Below are positions 27,543 to 39,662 of a stretch of DNA of 64,000 nt, one piece after another. Every line of letters begins with the position of its first letter. Position 1 is the first letter of the stretch. Below the pieces are notes generated by a model. That model was not told where the DNA came from and did no database searches. It worked only from the letters and a program-made list of their open reading frames with translations. The translations under genes were made by a program, and so were the position numbers. The DNA is from an uncultured delta proteobacterium (GTDB lineage Bacteria > Desulfobacterota > Desulfuromonadia > Desulfuromonadales > BM103), in contig CAVQRZ010000023.1 in the NCBI GenBank assembly GCA_963715335.1, positions 64,001 through 128,000 of the forward strand, in the 5' to 3' direction.

Positions 27543-28385
27543 TCAGTCCTTGATCCTAGGATCCATGGCATCGCGGATTCCCTCACCCAGCAGGTTGTAG
27601 CCAAGGACGGTGAAGAGAATCGCCAGGCCGGGGAAGACCGACAACCACCAGGCCGTGCCCAGGGTCTGCTTGCCGGCAATCAGCATGTTGCCCCAGGACG
27701 GAGTCGGGGGTTGAACGCCGATACCGAGGAAAGAAAGTGCACTTTCCGTCAGGATCGCACCGGCAATGCCGAGCGTCGCAGAAACCAGCACCGGCGAAAT
27801 GGCGTTCGGCAGGATATGCCTGAAGATAATCCTTGTATCCCGTGCGCCGATTGCACGTGCTGCGACCACGAAGTCGCGCTCCCGCAACGACAGGAATTCT
27901 GCCCTGACCAGCCTGGCTACACCCATCCAGCTGGTCAGGCCGATGATAATCATGATGTTCCAGATCGATGGCTCGAGAAAGGCAATCACGGCCAGGATCA
28001 GAAAAAAGGAAGGGAAGCAGAGCATGATATCGACGAATCGCATGATCAGGGAATCGATCCACCGACCGTAAAAGCCGGCAAGAGCACCGAGCAGGATGCC
28101 GATGAAAGTCGCGATGCCTACGGCGACGAACCCAACCAGCAGAGAAATCCGTGCCCCGTACAGAATTCTGGCCAGCACATCACGACCCAGGTCGTCCGTA
28201 CCGAGAGGATAATCGAAACTGGGGGGCTGGAGCCGGTGGACAATGTCTATCGCGCCAGGGTCGCGACCCGAGACCGGCGCGAGCATAGCAAGACAGAACA
28301 TGGCCAGAACGATCAGCCCACCGGCCATGGCCATGTGGTTTCGTTTCAGGCGTGTCCAAAGCACTTCACGAAAAAAAGCAGCCAT
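27543..28385 (-). CDS. Oligopeptide/dipeptide ABC permease (OppC/DppC)
   Basis: LGTDDLGRD, AARAIGA, HILPN and PTPSWG motifs. Confidence 0.93.
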   Translation of the reverse strand: MAAFFREVLWTRLKRNHMAMAGGLIVLAMFCLAMLAPVSGRDPGAIDIVHRLQPPSFDYPLGTDDLGRDVLARILYGARISLLVGFVAVGIATFIGILLGALAGFYGRWIDSLIMRFVDIMLCFPSFFLILAVIAFLEPSIWNIMIIIGLTSWMGVARLVRAEFLSLRERDFVVAARAIGARDTRIIFRHILPNAISPVLVSATLGIAGAILTESALSFLGIGVQPPTPSWGNMLIAGKQTLGTAWWLSVFPGLAILFTVLGYNLLGEGIRDAMDPRIKD

Positions 28386-28547
28386 TGAATCCTCGAAATG
28401 TCATTTATACCATTGTCGGCAGGTTACTTTGAGCCATTCGGCACTAAACCCGCGCGAATCGACATTCTAACATAACCCCGCATGAAACGCGGAACGGGGC
28501 CGGCGACCCGGCAAATGGACGGAAGCCGTTCAATGGTCTCGCGCAAC

Positions 28548-29882
28548 TCAGCGCCGGCCGATGCCGAAATACTCGAAACCGGCCTCTTTCAGGCTGCGCG
28601 GGTCATACTGGTTCCGACCGTCGAAGATGACCGGTTGCTTCATCATCTCTTTCATGGCCCGGAAGTCCGGATGACGGAAGGGTTTCCATTCCGTAACCAG
28701 TGCCAATGCGTCAACCTGCTCCACAGCCTCGTACTGATGCCGCACGAGAGTCACTGAGCCGTTATCGAGCCATGCACCGGGCAACTCGTCACGGGTAGCC
28801 TCCAGCGCCTCGGGATCGTAGGCACGCACCCTGGCCCCTGCGTCGACCAATTCCCTGATCAGGATGAGGGCCGGAGCCTCGCGGATATCATCCGTGCCGG
28901 GCTTGAATGCCAATCCCCACAGGCCGAAAGTCAACCCTGAAAGATCAGCGCCAAAGCGGGCTTTGATCTTGCGGAACAGGACGTGTTTCTGGTCTTCGTT
29001 ACGCTCATGTACAGCCTGAAGTATCATCGACGGGTAATCATTCTCGCCAGCCATATGGATAAGCGCCCGGACATCCTTGGGGAAGCATGACCCCCCGTAA
29101 CCGCACCCCGGGTAGATAAAGGAATAGCCAATCCGGCTGTCGGCGCCGATGCCGAGACGGACGTTCTCGACGTCAACATCGAGATGGTCACAGAGGTTGG
29201 CGATTTCGTTCATAAAGGAGATCTTGGTTGCCAGCATGGAGTTGCCGGCGTACTTGGTCATTTCCGCATCCTTGACGCCCATGAACAGGATCCTGTCATG
29301 GTTGCGGCTGAAATCCTTGTAGAGTTCACGCATGACCTCACGGGAGCGATCCGAATCAATCCCGACCACGATCCGGTCGGGCTTCATGAAATCGGCGACA
29401 GCAGCCCCCTCTTTAAGAAACTCCGGATTGCTGACCACGTCAAAAGCTACGCTGACTCCACGGCTTTGCAGTTGCCTGCTGACTGCCGCCTTGACTTTCT
29501 CGGCCGTCCCGACCGGCACGGTCGATTTGGTGACAACGACAACGTAATCAGACAGGTTTCTGCCGATCTCGGAGGCAACGGCCAGCACATGCTGGAGATC
29601 TGCCGAGCCGTCCTCGCCGGGGGGTGTCCCCACGGCAATGAAGATGACTTCCGAATCTTGCATGGCTTCGGCCAGAGCCGTCGAGAAGACCAGCCGCCCT
29701 TCTTCGCAATTACGTTCGACGATCGGCTTGAGCCCCGGCTCGTAGATAGGAATCCAGCCATCCCTTAGCCTGGCCACCTTTTCGATATCTATGTCCACAC
29801 AGGTCACGTGATGTCCCATTTCCGCAAAACAGGATCCTGTGACCAGTCCGACGTATCCGGTTCCAACGACAGTTAACTTCAT
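28548..29882 (-). CDS. ugd: UDP-glucose 6-dehydrogenase
   Basis: GTGYVG, NPEFLKEG, GYGGSCFPKD and FKPGTDD motifs. Confidence 0.95.
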   Translation of the reverse strand: MKLTVVGTGYVGLVTGSCFAEMGHHVTCVDIDIEKVARLRDGWIPIYEPGLKPIVERNCEEGRLVFSTALAEAMQDSEVIFIAVGTPPGEDGSADLQHVLAVASEIGRNLSDYVVVVTKSTVPVGTAEKVKAAVSRQLQSRGVSVAFDVVSNPEFLKEGAAVADFMKPDRIVVGIDSDRSREVMRELYKDFSRNHDRILFMGVKDAEMTKYAGNSMLATKISFMNEIANLCDHLDVDVENVRLGIGADSRIGYSFIYPGCGYGGSCFPKDVRALIHMAGENDYPSMILQAVHERNEDQKHVLFRKIKARFGADLSGLTFGLWGLAFKPGTDDIREAPALILIRELVDAGARVRAYDPEALEATRDELPGAWLDNGSVTLVRHQYEAVEQVDALALVTEWKPFRHPDFRAMKEMMKQPVIFDGRNQYDPRSLKEAGFEYFGIGRR

Positions 29883-29972
29883 AAAACCTCCGAGACGCGC
29901 AGCGCGAAACGCGCAACGCGACAAATGATTAACCTCTCAAATAACGGCCCAAACCTGAAATGGAGCTTGTTC

Positions 29973-31869
<1,897 letters not shown>

Positions 31870-31870
31870 T

Positions 31871-32875
31871 TCAACCTCCAACACACGTGAGTTCTGCCAG
31901 GGACAGGTTTCGGTCATGGAAATGCAGGCTGCCACGGGCGACAGACGCATCGACCCGTAGCGAAAAATCCGGGCAAATGCAACTGAGCCACGCCCGGTTC
32001 TCGCCACGGTGGCCGACGGCGTCGCTGAGATCATCAGGATGCACGGTGAGCGGATGCCCGTGATTACCGGCCCGTACCAGCGCCCGTCGCCAGATCCGTG
32101 AGCGAACCAGCTGCCCGAACGCCGGGTGAAAGGGGCCGGCCAGCAGGTTTCTCTGCAGGGCGCTGTCCTGCTGCAGACCAAGCCGTATAACCGGTATATC
32201 ACGCTGGCGACAGAGCAGCATCATGTCTGCGCAGAGCTCGACGGTTTGGTCCAGCGACCACGGCTGGTAGCCCCCGGCATGCCAGAGCTCCGCCAACGCA
32301 GTGTCTGCGATCACAACCGTCGGATAGATTCTCAAAAAATCGGGTTTGAGTTCCAGGGCCTGGTGCAATGAACTCATGGCCTCCTCAACGCTGCCACCAG
32401 GCAACCCGGGCATCAATTGGACGCCGACGTTGAAACCGGCCGCCCGACAGCGCCGCACCGCAGCAATACTCTCGGCAGCGCCATGACCGCGCCCCGCCTG
32501 CATAAGCACGCTGTCGGAGAAGCTCTGGCAGCCGATTTCGATCGTCCGCACACCGCCTTTCTGCAATCGCTCGAGACACGCTTCGTCGAGAGCGTCCGGT
32601 CGGGTCGAGATACGGATACCGGCCGCCCTGCCGGTCGCTATGAACTGACTAGCAGCAGCCAGGTAGAGCTGCTGCTGGCGTAGCGGCAGGAGAGAGAAGG
32701 TGCCGCCGTAAAAGGCGATTTCACCGTTGCCGTGGTCCGGCAACATGTCGTCCAGCCGGCTGACAACCGCAGCAGCATCAGGGACATCGACCTGGCTGAC
32801 AGACCTGTCCTGGGCACAGAAGAGGCAGCGGTGCGGACACCCTGCATGGGGGATAAAAACCGGATATATTTTCAC
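31871..32875 (-). CDS. Elp3/YhcC-like radical SAM protein
   Basis: CPHRCLFC, FYGGTF and STRPD motifs; lies between rnc and era. Confidence 0.88.
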   Translation of the reverse strand: MKIYPVFIPHAGCPHRCLFCAQDRSVSQVDVPDAAAVVSRLDDMLPDHGNGEIAFYGGTFSLLPLRQQQLYLAAASQFIATGRAAGIRISTRPDALDEACLERLQKGGVRTIEIGCQSFSDSVLMQAGRGHGAAESIAAVRRCRAAGFNVGVQLMPGLPGGSVEEAMSSLHQALELKPDFLRIYPTVVIADTALAELWHAGGYQPWSLDQTVELCADMMLLCRQRDIPVIRLGLQQDSALQRNLLAGPFHPAFGQLVRSRIWRRALVRAGNHGHPLTVHPDDLSDAVGHRGENRAWLSCICPDFSLRVDASVARGSLHFHDRNLSLAELTCVGG

Positions 32876-33588
32876 GAGTCTTTGTCCAGGAGCATCAACG
32901 CCGCGGCTGCGGCCGCCTGTTCGGCGCTTTTTTTCGTCCGGCCCTTGGCCGTGCCATATGCACGCTCGCCGATCAACACCTCGACCTGGTAAACACGTTC
33001 ATGGGGTGGGCCGGACTCGTCTAACATTCTGTAGACAGGGAGTTCCTTGCGGGTTGCCTGCAGCAGCTCCTGCAAACGGCTTTTATGGTCCTGCCCGGCT
33101 TCGGCAGAGGCCTGTTTCAGCAACGGGACAAACAGCGGCAGGACAACCGATTTGGCGGCTTCATAGCCACCATCAACAAAAACCGCACCGAACAAGGCCT
33201 CCAGGGTGTCTGCAAGCAGACTCGGCTTTTCCCGGCCACCGCTGCCGGATTCACCTTTGCCCAGCAACAGCTTACGACCGATCCCGAGCGAGCCAGCCAA
33301 CCCGGCAAGGCTTGGCATGGCAACAACCTCTGCCCTGATCCGGGTCAGTTCTCCTTCATCAGCAGCTGGCAGCGCATCCATCAGGTACTCGCTGACGACC
33401 AGGTCCAGCACCGCGTCGCCGAGGAACTCTATCCGCTGGTTATCCGGGCCTGCGGCTTCAGGATACTCGTTGGCATAAGACTTGTGGGTCAAAGCATTGA
33501 CCAGCAGCGACTTGTCCCGAAAAGAATATCCCAGGGTCTTTTCCAGCTTCTGCCGGTCATCGTCATCCAGGCTGACAGGTGATTTCAT
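32872..33588 (-). CDS. rnc: Ribonuclease III
   Basis: QRIEFLGDAVL motif and dsRBD. Confidence 0.97.
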   Translation of the reverse strand: MKSPVSLDDDDRQKLEKTLGYSFRDKSLLVNALTHKSYANEYPEAAGPDNQRIEFLGDAVLDLVVSEYLMDALPAADEGELTRIRAEVVAMPSLAGLAGSLGIGRKLLLGKGESGSGGREKPSLLADTLEALFGAVFVDGGYEAAKSVVLPLFVPLLKQASAEAGQDHKSRLQELLQATRKELPVYRMLDESGPPHERVYQVEVLIGERAYGTAKGRTKKSAEQAAAAAALMLLDKDS

Positions 33589-33778
33589 GAACAGATGTTT
33601 TCTCGACGGCTGAGGAATTACCTTGCCACACAGCTTAAACTACGATGTTCAAAGTCAGTCATATTACACCAACTCACCATATATATCAATTGCACCAAAC
33701 CACAAATTCATTATAGTATGGCGATTCATTTCAAGCGTGTGAATACACCATCCACCAGACGATCCAAGATACTGTTTT

Positions 33779-34426
33779 ATGTCATTTTTTATTACTTTGG
33801 AAGGGATTGAGGGGAGCGGCAAAACAACCCAGTTGCTGCGCCTTCAGGAACACCTCCGGACGTTGGGGCACCAGGTCGCCGTAACCCGTGAACCGGGAGG
33901 TTGCAGAATATCCGATGCCATCCGCACCCTGCTGCTGCACCCGGGGAATCACTCGATAGCGCCGCACACGGAACTGCTGCTCTACAGCGCGGCAAGGGCT
34001 CAACACGTTGCTGAGTTCATTATCCCGGCCCTGGGACAGGGCAAGATTGTCCTCTGTGACCGCTTCGCCGATGCGACAACTGTTTACCAGGGTGCAGGAC
34101 GCGGATTGGACATGGCCCAGCTCGAAACCATCAACCGGTTTGCCAGCAAAGGGCTGATCCCTGACTTGACACTCTTGCTCGACTACCCGGTCGAGGATGG
34201 TTTGCCTCGAGCGAGAGCGCGTAACCACAGGGACAATCTCGAAGCGGAGGGTCGTTTCGAGTTGGAACCTCTCGATTTTCACCAGCGAATTCGCCAGGGC
34301 TACCTCGACCTGGCGGCCCGCGAGAAACGGTTCCGGGTAATCGATGCACAGGGTGATGAGGATGCCGTTGCTAAGCGCATGATCACCGTGGTTGACCTCT
34401 TCCTGGCCGGCAGGAGATCGGCATGA
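33779..34426 (+). CDS. tmk: Thymidylate kinase
   Basis: EGIEGSGKTT, REPGG and CDRF motifs. Confidence 0.97.
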   Translation: MSFFITLEGIEGSGKTTQLLRLQEHLRTLGHQVAVTREPGGCRISDAIRTLLLHPGNHSIAPHTELLLYSAARAQHVAEFIIPALGQGKIVLCDRFADATTVYQGAGRGLDMAQLETINRFASKGLIPDLTLLLDYPVEDGLPRARARNHRDNLEAEGRFELEPLDFHQRIRQGYLDLAAREKRFRVIDAQGDEDAVAKRMITVVDLFLAGRRSA

Positions 34427-35391
34427 CCTTCGACCAGATCCTCGGCCATGACCGACAAAAGGAGATCCTGAGCCGGGCCCTGGAAAACGGCAGGCTTGCT
34501 CACGCCTACCTGTTCTCGGGTCCGGATGGCATCGGCAAGCGGCTTATGGCTCTCGCCCTCGCACGGGCTGTCGTCTGTCACGAGCAGCGCGGTTGCGGCA
34601 ATTGCCAGGCCTGCCGGAAAATAGACCATCAGAACCATCCCGATCTGCACGTCCTCGAACCGGACGGCAGTTCGATCAAGATCGAACAGGTCAGGGCCTT
34701 TCAGAAAGACCTCAACCTCAAACCTCTCGAGGCATCCCACAAGATATGCCTGATTGAAGAGGCCGACAGCATGACGGTCGGTGCTGCCAATGCCCTGCTC
34801 AAGACCCTTGAAGAACCACGCGGCGATACGCTGCTGATTTTGCTGACAGCCCACCCGAACCGACTGCTCGAAACGATTCGCTCCCGCTGCCAGCTTTTGC
34901 CGTTCACACGGCACCCGAACAGCAGGATTCAGGCGCAGCTCGAGAAACAGCTCAACATCGATCCGACGGAATCTCACATTCTGGCTGCGCTTTCCGAAGG
35001 CAGCTTCAAAAAAGCCTTCGGCAAAGACCGCCAGCTCTACCTGGAGGAACGCCGGAAACTGCTAAAAACCTTGACGGGGCTAACCACAGGCAGTATCTTG
35101 CCAATTCTGGATTTTGCCGAGCAGATCGCTGCCGACAAATCCGTTCTGCCCGATATTTTGGAAATTTTCCAGGCTTTTTACCGGGATGTTATGATGATGC
35201 TTCAGGGCCGCGGGGATGATGATCTCGTTAACCTCGACCTGAAGGAAAAAATCCGCAGGGTTGCCAACCGTGAGAACCTAACGTCAATTCTCGCCAAGCT
35301 TGACGCCCTGATCGAAGTCCGCCGCCAGCTCGACCGCAACGTCAACCGGCAATTGGCCATGGAAGTGCTGCTGTTGAAACTGGCGAACTGA
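34423..35391 (+). CDS. holB: DNA polymerase III delta-prime subunit
   Basis: HAYLF, Zn-binding Cys cluster, ANALLKTLEEP and TIRSRC motifs. Confidence 0.95.
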   Translation: MTFDQILGHDRQKEILSRALENGRLAHAYLFSGPDGIGKRLMALALARAVVCHEQRGCGNCQACRKIDHQNHPDLHVLEPDGSSIKIEQVRAFQKDLNLKPLEASHKICLIEEADSMTVGAANALLKTLEEPRGDTLLILLTAHPNRLLETIRSRCQLLPFTRHPNSRIQAQLEKQLNIDPTESHILAALSEGSFKKAFGKDRQLYLEERRKLLKTLTGLTTGSILPILDFAEQIAADKSVLPDILEIFQAFYRDVMMMLQGRGDDDLVNLDLKEKIRRVANRENLTSILAKLDALIEVRRQLDRNVNRQLAMEVLLLKLAN

Positions 35392-35441
35392 GCTGATCGC
35401 CAGGTACAGGATTTGCTCCCCCTACTTAAAAAAATGACCTT

Positions 35442-36509
35442 ATGATACGCATTGTCCCATTAAAATTTCAGCAGGCCGGTCGCCAGTACAATTTCAACGC
35501 CACAACACTTGAACTCAAGGCGGGCGACAAAGTGATCGTCGAAACCGATCGCGGTCGCGCCATGGCGAGCGTTGTCGTTGTGCCTCGGGAGATAGAAGAC
35601 AACAAAGCCCCGGAAGGCCTGAAAAGCATCCTTCGCATGGCCACGGAAGAGGACTTGGCACTGGCAGAAACCAATGCGGCCAGGGAAATGGACGCCTACA
35701 AATACTGCCAGGAACGGATCAAGTCCCGCCAACTGGATATGAAGTTGGTACGTGCCGAATACGCCTTCGACGGCTCGAAAATCATCTTCTTCTTTACCGC
35801 CGATGGCCGTATCGACTTCCGCGAACTCGTCAAAGACCTCGCTCATCATTTCCACACCAGGATTGAAATGCGTCAGATCGGTGTCCGTGATGAAGCCAAA
35901 CTGGTTGGCGGCCTCGGCATCTGCGGTCGGGAGCTTTGCTGCAGTAGTTTTCTCACCCAGTTCAACCCGGTTTCGGTCAAGATGGCCAAGGAGCAGGGGC
36001 TGGCCCTCAACCCGACCAAAATATCCGGCCAGTGTGGGCGTCTGCTCTGCTGTCTCGGCTACGAGTTCGAGACCTACTGTGCGCTTAAAAAAGGCATGCC
36101 GAAATGTGGCAAGAAGGTCTCCTGGCAGAATCGCGAATGTGAAGTCACATCCGTCGACATCCTGCGCCAGCAGATCAGCCTGCGAGACCAGGAGGGCAAT
36201 AGCTACCGCATAACCTTGAAAGAATTGCAGAGCGGACAGGCCGAGCAACCGGCGGCCCAGGAGCAAACCACCCCTGAGACCCATGCCAGTCGCCTGAGCA
36301 AACGCAGGCATGAGCCCCGCAAGCAATCGGGCAGAGGCCAGGGCTCTGCCGAGAAAACCGGCGAGCAGCCGAAACAACCTGAGGAAGAAAAGAACCAGCC
36401 TGAGCAACGGGCTGCGGGTGAGGACAGGAGCCAGAAGAAGCCTCGTCGGCGCGGCAGGCGCAGACCCCGTGGCGGCCGCAAACCGGGCCCGGGCAAGCAG
36501 GGAGAATAA
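35442..36509 (+). CDS. yaaT: PSP1/YaaT (RicT) family protein
   Basis: RIDFRELVK, GICGRELCC and SGQCGRLLCCL motifs; basic disordered tail. Confidence 0.92.
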   Translation: MIRIVPLKFQQAGRQYNFNATTLELKAGDKVIVETDRGRAMASVVVVPREIEDNKAPEGLKSILRMATEEDLALAETNAAREMDAYKYCQERIKSRQLDMKLVRAEYAFDGSKIIFFFTADGRIDFRELVKDLAHHFHTRIEMRQIGVRDEAKLVGGLGICGRELCCSSFLTQFNPVSVKMAKEQGLALNPTKISGQCGRLLCCLGYEFETYCALKKGMPKCGKKVSWQNRECEVTSVDILRQQISLRDQEGNSYRITLKELQSGQAEQPAAQEQTTPETHASRLSKRRHEPRKQSGRGQGSAEKTGEQPKQPEEEKNQPEQRAAGEDRSQKKPRRRGRRRPRGGRKPGPGKQGE

Positions 36510-36514
36510 TACTC

Positions 36515-38050
36515 ATGTCGGATGCAAAGCCTTATTACCTGACGACTCCGATTTACTACGTTAACGATGTTCCGCATATCGGTCACGCCTACACGACACT
36601 GGCATGTGATGTCATGGCACGATATAAGCGCGCCCGCGGCTTTGAGGTCAGCTTCCTCACCGGCACCGACGAACATGGTCAGAAAGTGGAAAAAGCTGCC
36701 CATGCCAAGGGTGAAACCCCGCTGGAGTTGGCGGACCGGGTTGTCAAACGCTTTCAATCACTGTGGGAAAAGCTGAATATCTCGCACACCGACTTCATTC
36801 GCACATCACAGGAACGCCACAAGCTGGCGGTCCAGGAAATTTTCCGGACGATTGAAGCCAAGGGCGACATCTACCTCGGCGAATATGAAGACTGGTACTG
36901 CACTCCCTGCGAGACATTCTGGACCGAAACCCAGTTGCTTGACGGCAACTGCCCCGATTGCGGACGTCCGACCGACAAGCTCAAGGAGGAGTCCTACTTC
37001 TTTCGCATGAGCAAATACCAGGACCAGCTACTCGCTCATATCGATGCCAATCCTGATTTCATTCAACCAAAGTCACGGCGCAACGAGATCCTCAGTTTTG
37101 TTCGTGAGGGGCTGCGCGACCTTTCCATCTCACGGACAACTTTCTCTTGGGGGATCCCCGTACCGGACAATGAGAAACATGTCATCTACGTCTGGTTTGA
37201 CGCCCTGACCAACTACATCAGCGCTCTTGGCTACCCGAATCGGGACGGTGATTTCAGTAAATTCTGGCCTTGCGACGTTCACGTTATCGGCAAGGACATC
37301 CTGCGTTTCCATACCGTCTACTGGCCGACCTTCCTGATGGCTGCCGGGATCCCGCTGCCGCAAAAGGTCTTTGCCCACGGCTGGTGGACAGTTGAGGGCC
37401 AGAAAATGAGTAAAAGCCTGGCCAACGTCGTCGAACCGAACATGCTGATCGACAAGTACGGCGTCGATGCGATCCGTTACTTCCTGCTGCGTGAAGTTCC
37501 CTTCGGGCTCGACGGCGACTTCTCCCACAACGCACTGGTCCACCGCATCAACTCGGACCTTGCCAATGACCTTGGCAACTTGGTCAGCCGCTCCACGGCA
37601 ATGCTCAACAAGTACTTTAAAGGAATCCTGCCAAGCCCCTTAAAAGGTGATGCTATTGACGACATACTTAAAGACAAGTTTGTCAAGCAAACCGGCGTTG
37701 TCGACGAGCAGATGGAGGCTCTCGCCTTTAACAAGGCCCTGCAGTCGATCTGGGAGTTGGTCAGCGCCGCCAACAAGTATATCGATGACTCGGCACCCTG
37801 GACTCTGGCCAAGGACGAGACGCAGCGCGAACGCCTTGGCACCGTCATGTACAACCTGCTCGAAGCCGTACGCCTGATCGGCTTGCTGGTCACCCCTTTC
37901 ATGCCTGACACCGGCATCAACATTTGCAACATCCTTGGGATTGACTCCGCAGACCGGCAACTCGATGAACACGACAGCTGGGGGCTTCTGCAGCCAGGCA
38001 GTTCAATCGAAAAGGCGGCCCCGCTCTTCCCCAGGATTGAGACGGAATAG
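36515..38050 (+). CDS. metG: Methionine--tRNA ligase (short form)
   Basis: HIGH and KMSKS motifs and Zn knuckle; ends at LFPRIE with no appended tRNA-binding domain. Confidence 0.97.
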   Translation: MSDAKPYYLTTPIYYVNDVPHIGHAYTTLACDVMARYKRARGFEVSFLTGTDEHGQKVEKAAHAKGETPLELADRVVKRFQSLWEKLNISHTDFIRTSQERHKLAVQEIFRTIEAKGDIYLGEYEDWYCTPCETFWTETQLLDGNCPDCGRPTDKLKEESYFFRMSKYQDQLLAHIDANPDFIQPKSRRNEILSFVREGLRDLSISRTTFSWGIPVPDNEKHVIYVWFDALTNYISALGYPNRDGDFSKFWPCDVHVIGKDILRFHTVYWPTFLMAAGIPLPQKVFAHGWWTVEGQKMSKSLANVVEPNMLIDKYGVDAIRYFLLREVPFGLDGDFSHNALVHRINSDLANDLGNLVSRSTAMLNKYFKGILPSPLKGDAIDDILKDKFVKQTGVVDEQMEALAFNKALQSIWELVSAANKYIDDSAPWTLAKDETQRERLGTVMYNLLEAVRLIGLLVTPFMPDTGINICNILGIDSADRQLDEHDSWGLLQPGSSIEKAAPLFPRIETE

Positions 38051-38141
38051 ACCGAAGTGCGAGGTTTGAAGCGAGAGTGTGAAGAAACTCTTTTGATAAT
38101 TTCTCGTCTCGCACCTCGCGCTTCACGCTTCTGATATTTAT

Positions 38142-39533
38142 ATGAATAATTTACAGTCAACCCTCGTCGACTCTCACGCCCATCTCGATTCAAAGCCCTA
38201 CGCAACCGACCTGGACGATGTCATAGTGCGCGCCAAAGAGAATGGTGTCGCATACATCCTGACGGTCGGCTGCGACCTCGAGAGTTCCCGTGCCAGTGTC
38301 GACCTGGCAATTCGTTACCCGAATGTCTACGCCAGCGTCGGCGTCCACCCGCATGATGCCGACCAGGTCAATGAACAGGTCATGGCAGAACTGGCTTGCA
38401 TGATCGAATCGGTAGACAAGATCGTTGCCGTTGGCGAAACAGGACTCGACTTCTACCGCGACCGCTCACCGCGCGACCAGCAGAAAGAGGCTTTTCGCCG
38501 TCACATACAGCTGGCCAAAGAGACTGGCAAACCACTGATCATCCACGACCGCGACGCACATGATGAGGTCGTACGGATTCTGCGGGACGAACACGCCGCA
38601 GAGACAGGTGGTGTCCTGCACTGTTTCTCCGGCAATCTGGAGATGGCCCGCAAATGCGTAGAGATGGGCTTTTACATTTCCTTCGCCGGCCCCCTGACCT
38701 ACCCGAAGAATGACGCTTTGCGCAGTATCGCGGCAGCGCTGCCGGTCGATGTCATGCTGGTGGAAACTGACTGCCCTTACCTGTCACCGCAGAGCTGGCG
38801 CGGCAAGCGCTGTGAACCGGCCTACGTCCGCACAACTGCCGAGAAACTGGCGGAAATCAAGGGACTGACCATCGAAGATGTGGCTCGCATCACCAGCCTC
38901 AATGCCTGGCGCCTGTTCGGTATCGGTGAGATCGATCAAAGCACCAGAATCGCGTACGTCATCCGCAACAGTCTCTATCTCAACATAACCAACCGGTGCA
39001 CCAACAGCTGCACCTTCTGTGCAAAGTTCAGGGATTTCACAGTCAAGGGGCACCAGCTCTGCCTGGAACGAGAACCGACCGTCGAGGAGGTCATGCAAGC
39101 GATCGGCGATCCATCCTCTTACGATGAGGTCGTCTTCTGCGGCTACGGCGAGCCCCTGCTTCGGCTGGACCTGGTCAAAGAGATTGCCAGCTACCTGAGG
39201 CAGAACAACATAACGGTCCGGATCAACACCGACGGCCAGGCCAACCTGGTGCATGGCCGAAACATCCTGCCGGAGCTCGCCGGCCTGGTCGATTCGATCA
39301 GTGTGTCGCTCAACGCTCCCGACGCAGAAAGCTACCAGAAGATCTGCAGATCAGAGTTCGGCGAAAAAGGCTATGCCGCCATCAAGGATTTCCTCGCAGA
39401 AGCGGTACGGCACATCCCTTCCGTCACTGCCACGGCTGTTACCCTGCCAGGAATAGATATAGATGCATGCCGTAAGGTCGCCAAACAACTTCAGGTGGAA
39501 TTTCGTGAAAGAGTTTACAACGAAGTAGGATGA
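38142..39533 (+). CDS. TatD-family nuclease fused to a radical SAM domain
   Basis: DSHAH, GVHPH, GETGLD, HCF and ETDCP (TatD), followed by CTNSCTFC and GYGEP (radical SAM). Confidence 0.92.
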   Translation: MNNLQSTLVDSHAHLDSKPYATDLDDVIVRAKENGVAYILTVGCDLESSRASVDLAIRYPNVYASVGVHPHDADQVNEQVMAELACMIESVDKIVAVGETGLDFYRDRSPRDQQKEAFRRHIQLAKETGKPLIIHDRDAHDEVVRILRDEHAAETGGVLHCFSGNLEMARKCVEMGFYISFAGPLTYPKNDALRSIAAALPVDVMLVETDCPYLSPQSWRGKRCEPAYVRTTAEKLAEIKGLTIEDVARITSLNAWRLFGIGEIDQSTRIAYVIRNSLYLNITNRCTNSCTFCAKFRDFTVKGHQLCLEREPTVEEVMQAIGDPSSYDEVVFCGYGEPLLRLDLVKEIASYLRQNNITVRINTDGQANLVHGRNILPELAGLVDSISVSLNAPDAESYQKICRSEFGEKGYAAIKDFLAEAVRHIPSVTATAVTLPGIDIDACRKVAKQLQVEFRERVYNEVG

Positions 39534-39662
39534 GCTTGTCAGCTCCTGACTTTCAAACGGGGGCAGGTTTCACGTCTGACTCCGCTTGATATCCTGTCGG
39601 TTTTGCTTGCCATGACAACGGTTGCGGGACAACCCTGCGGCTCTCAAGCCGACCATCAAGAC

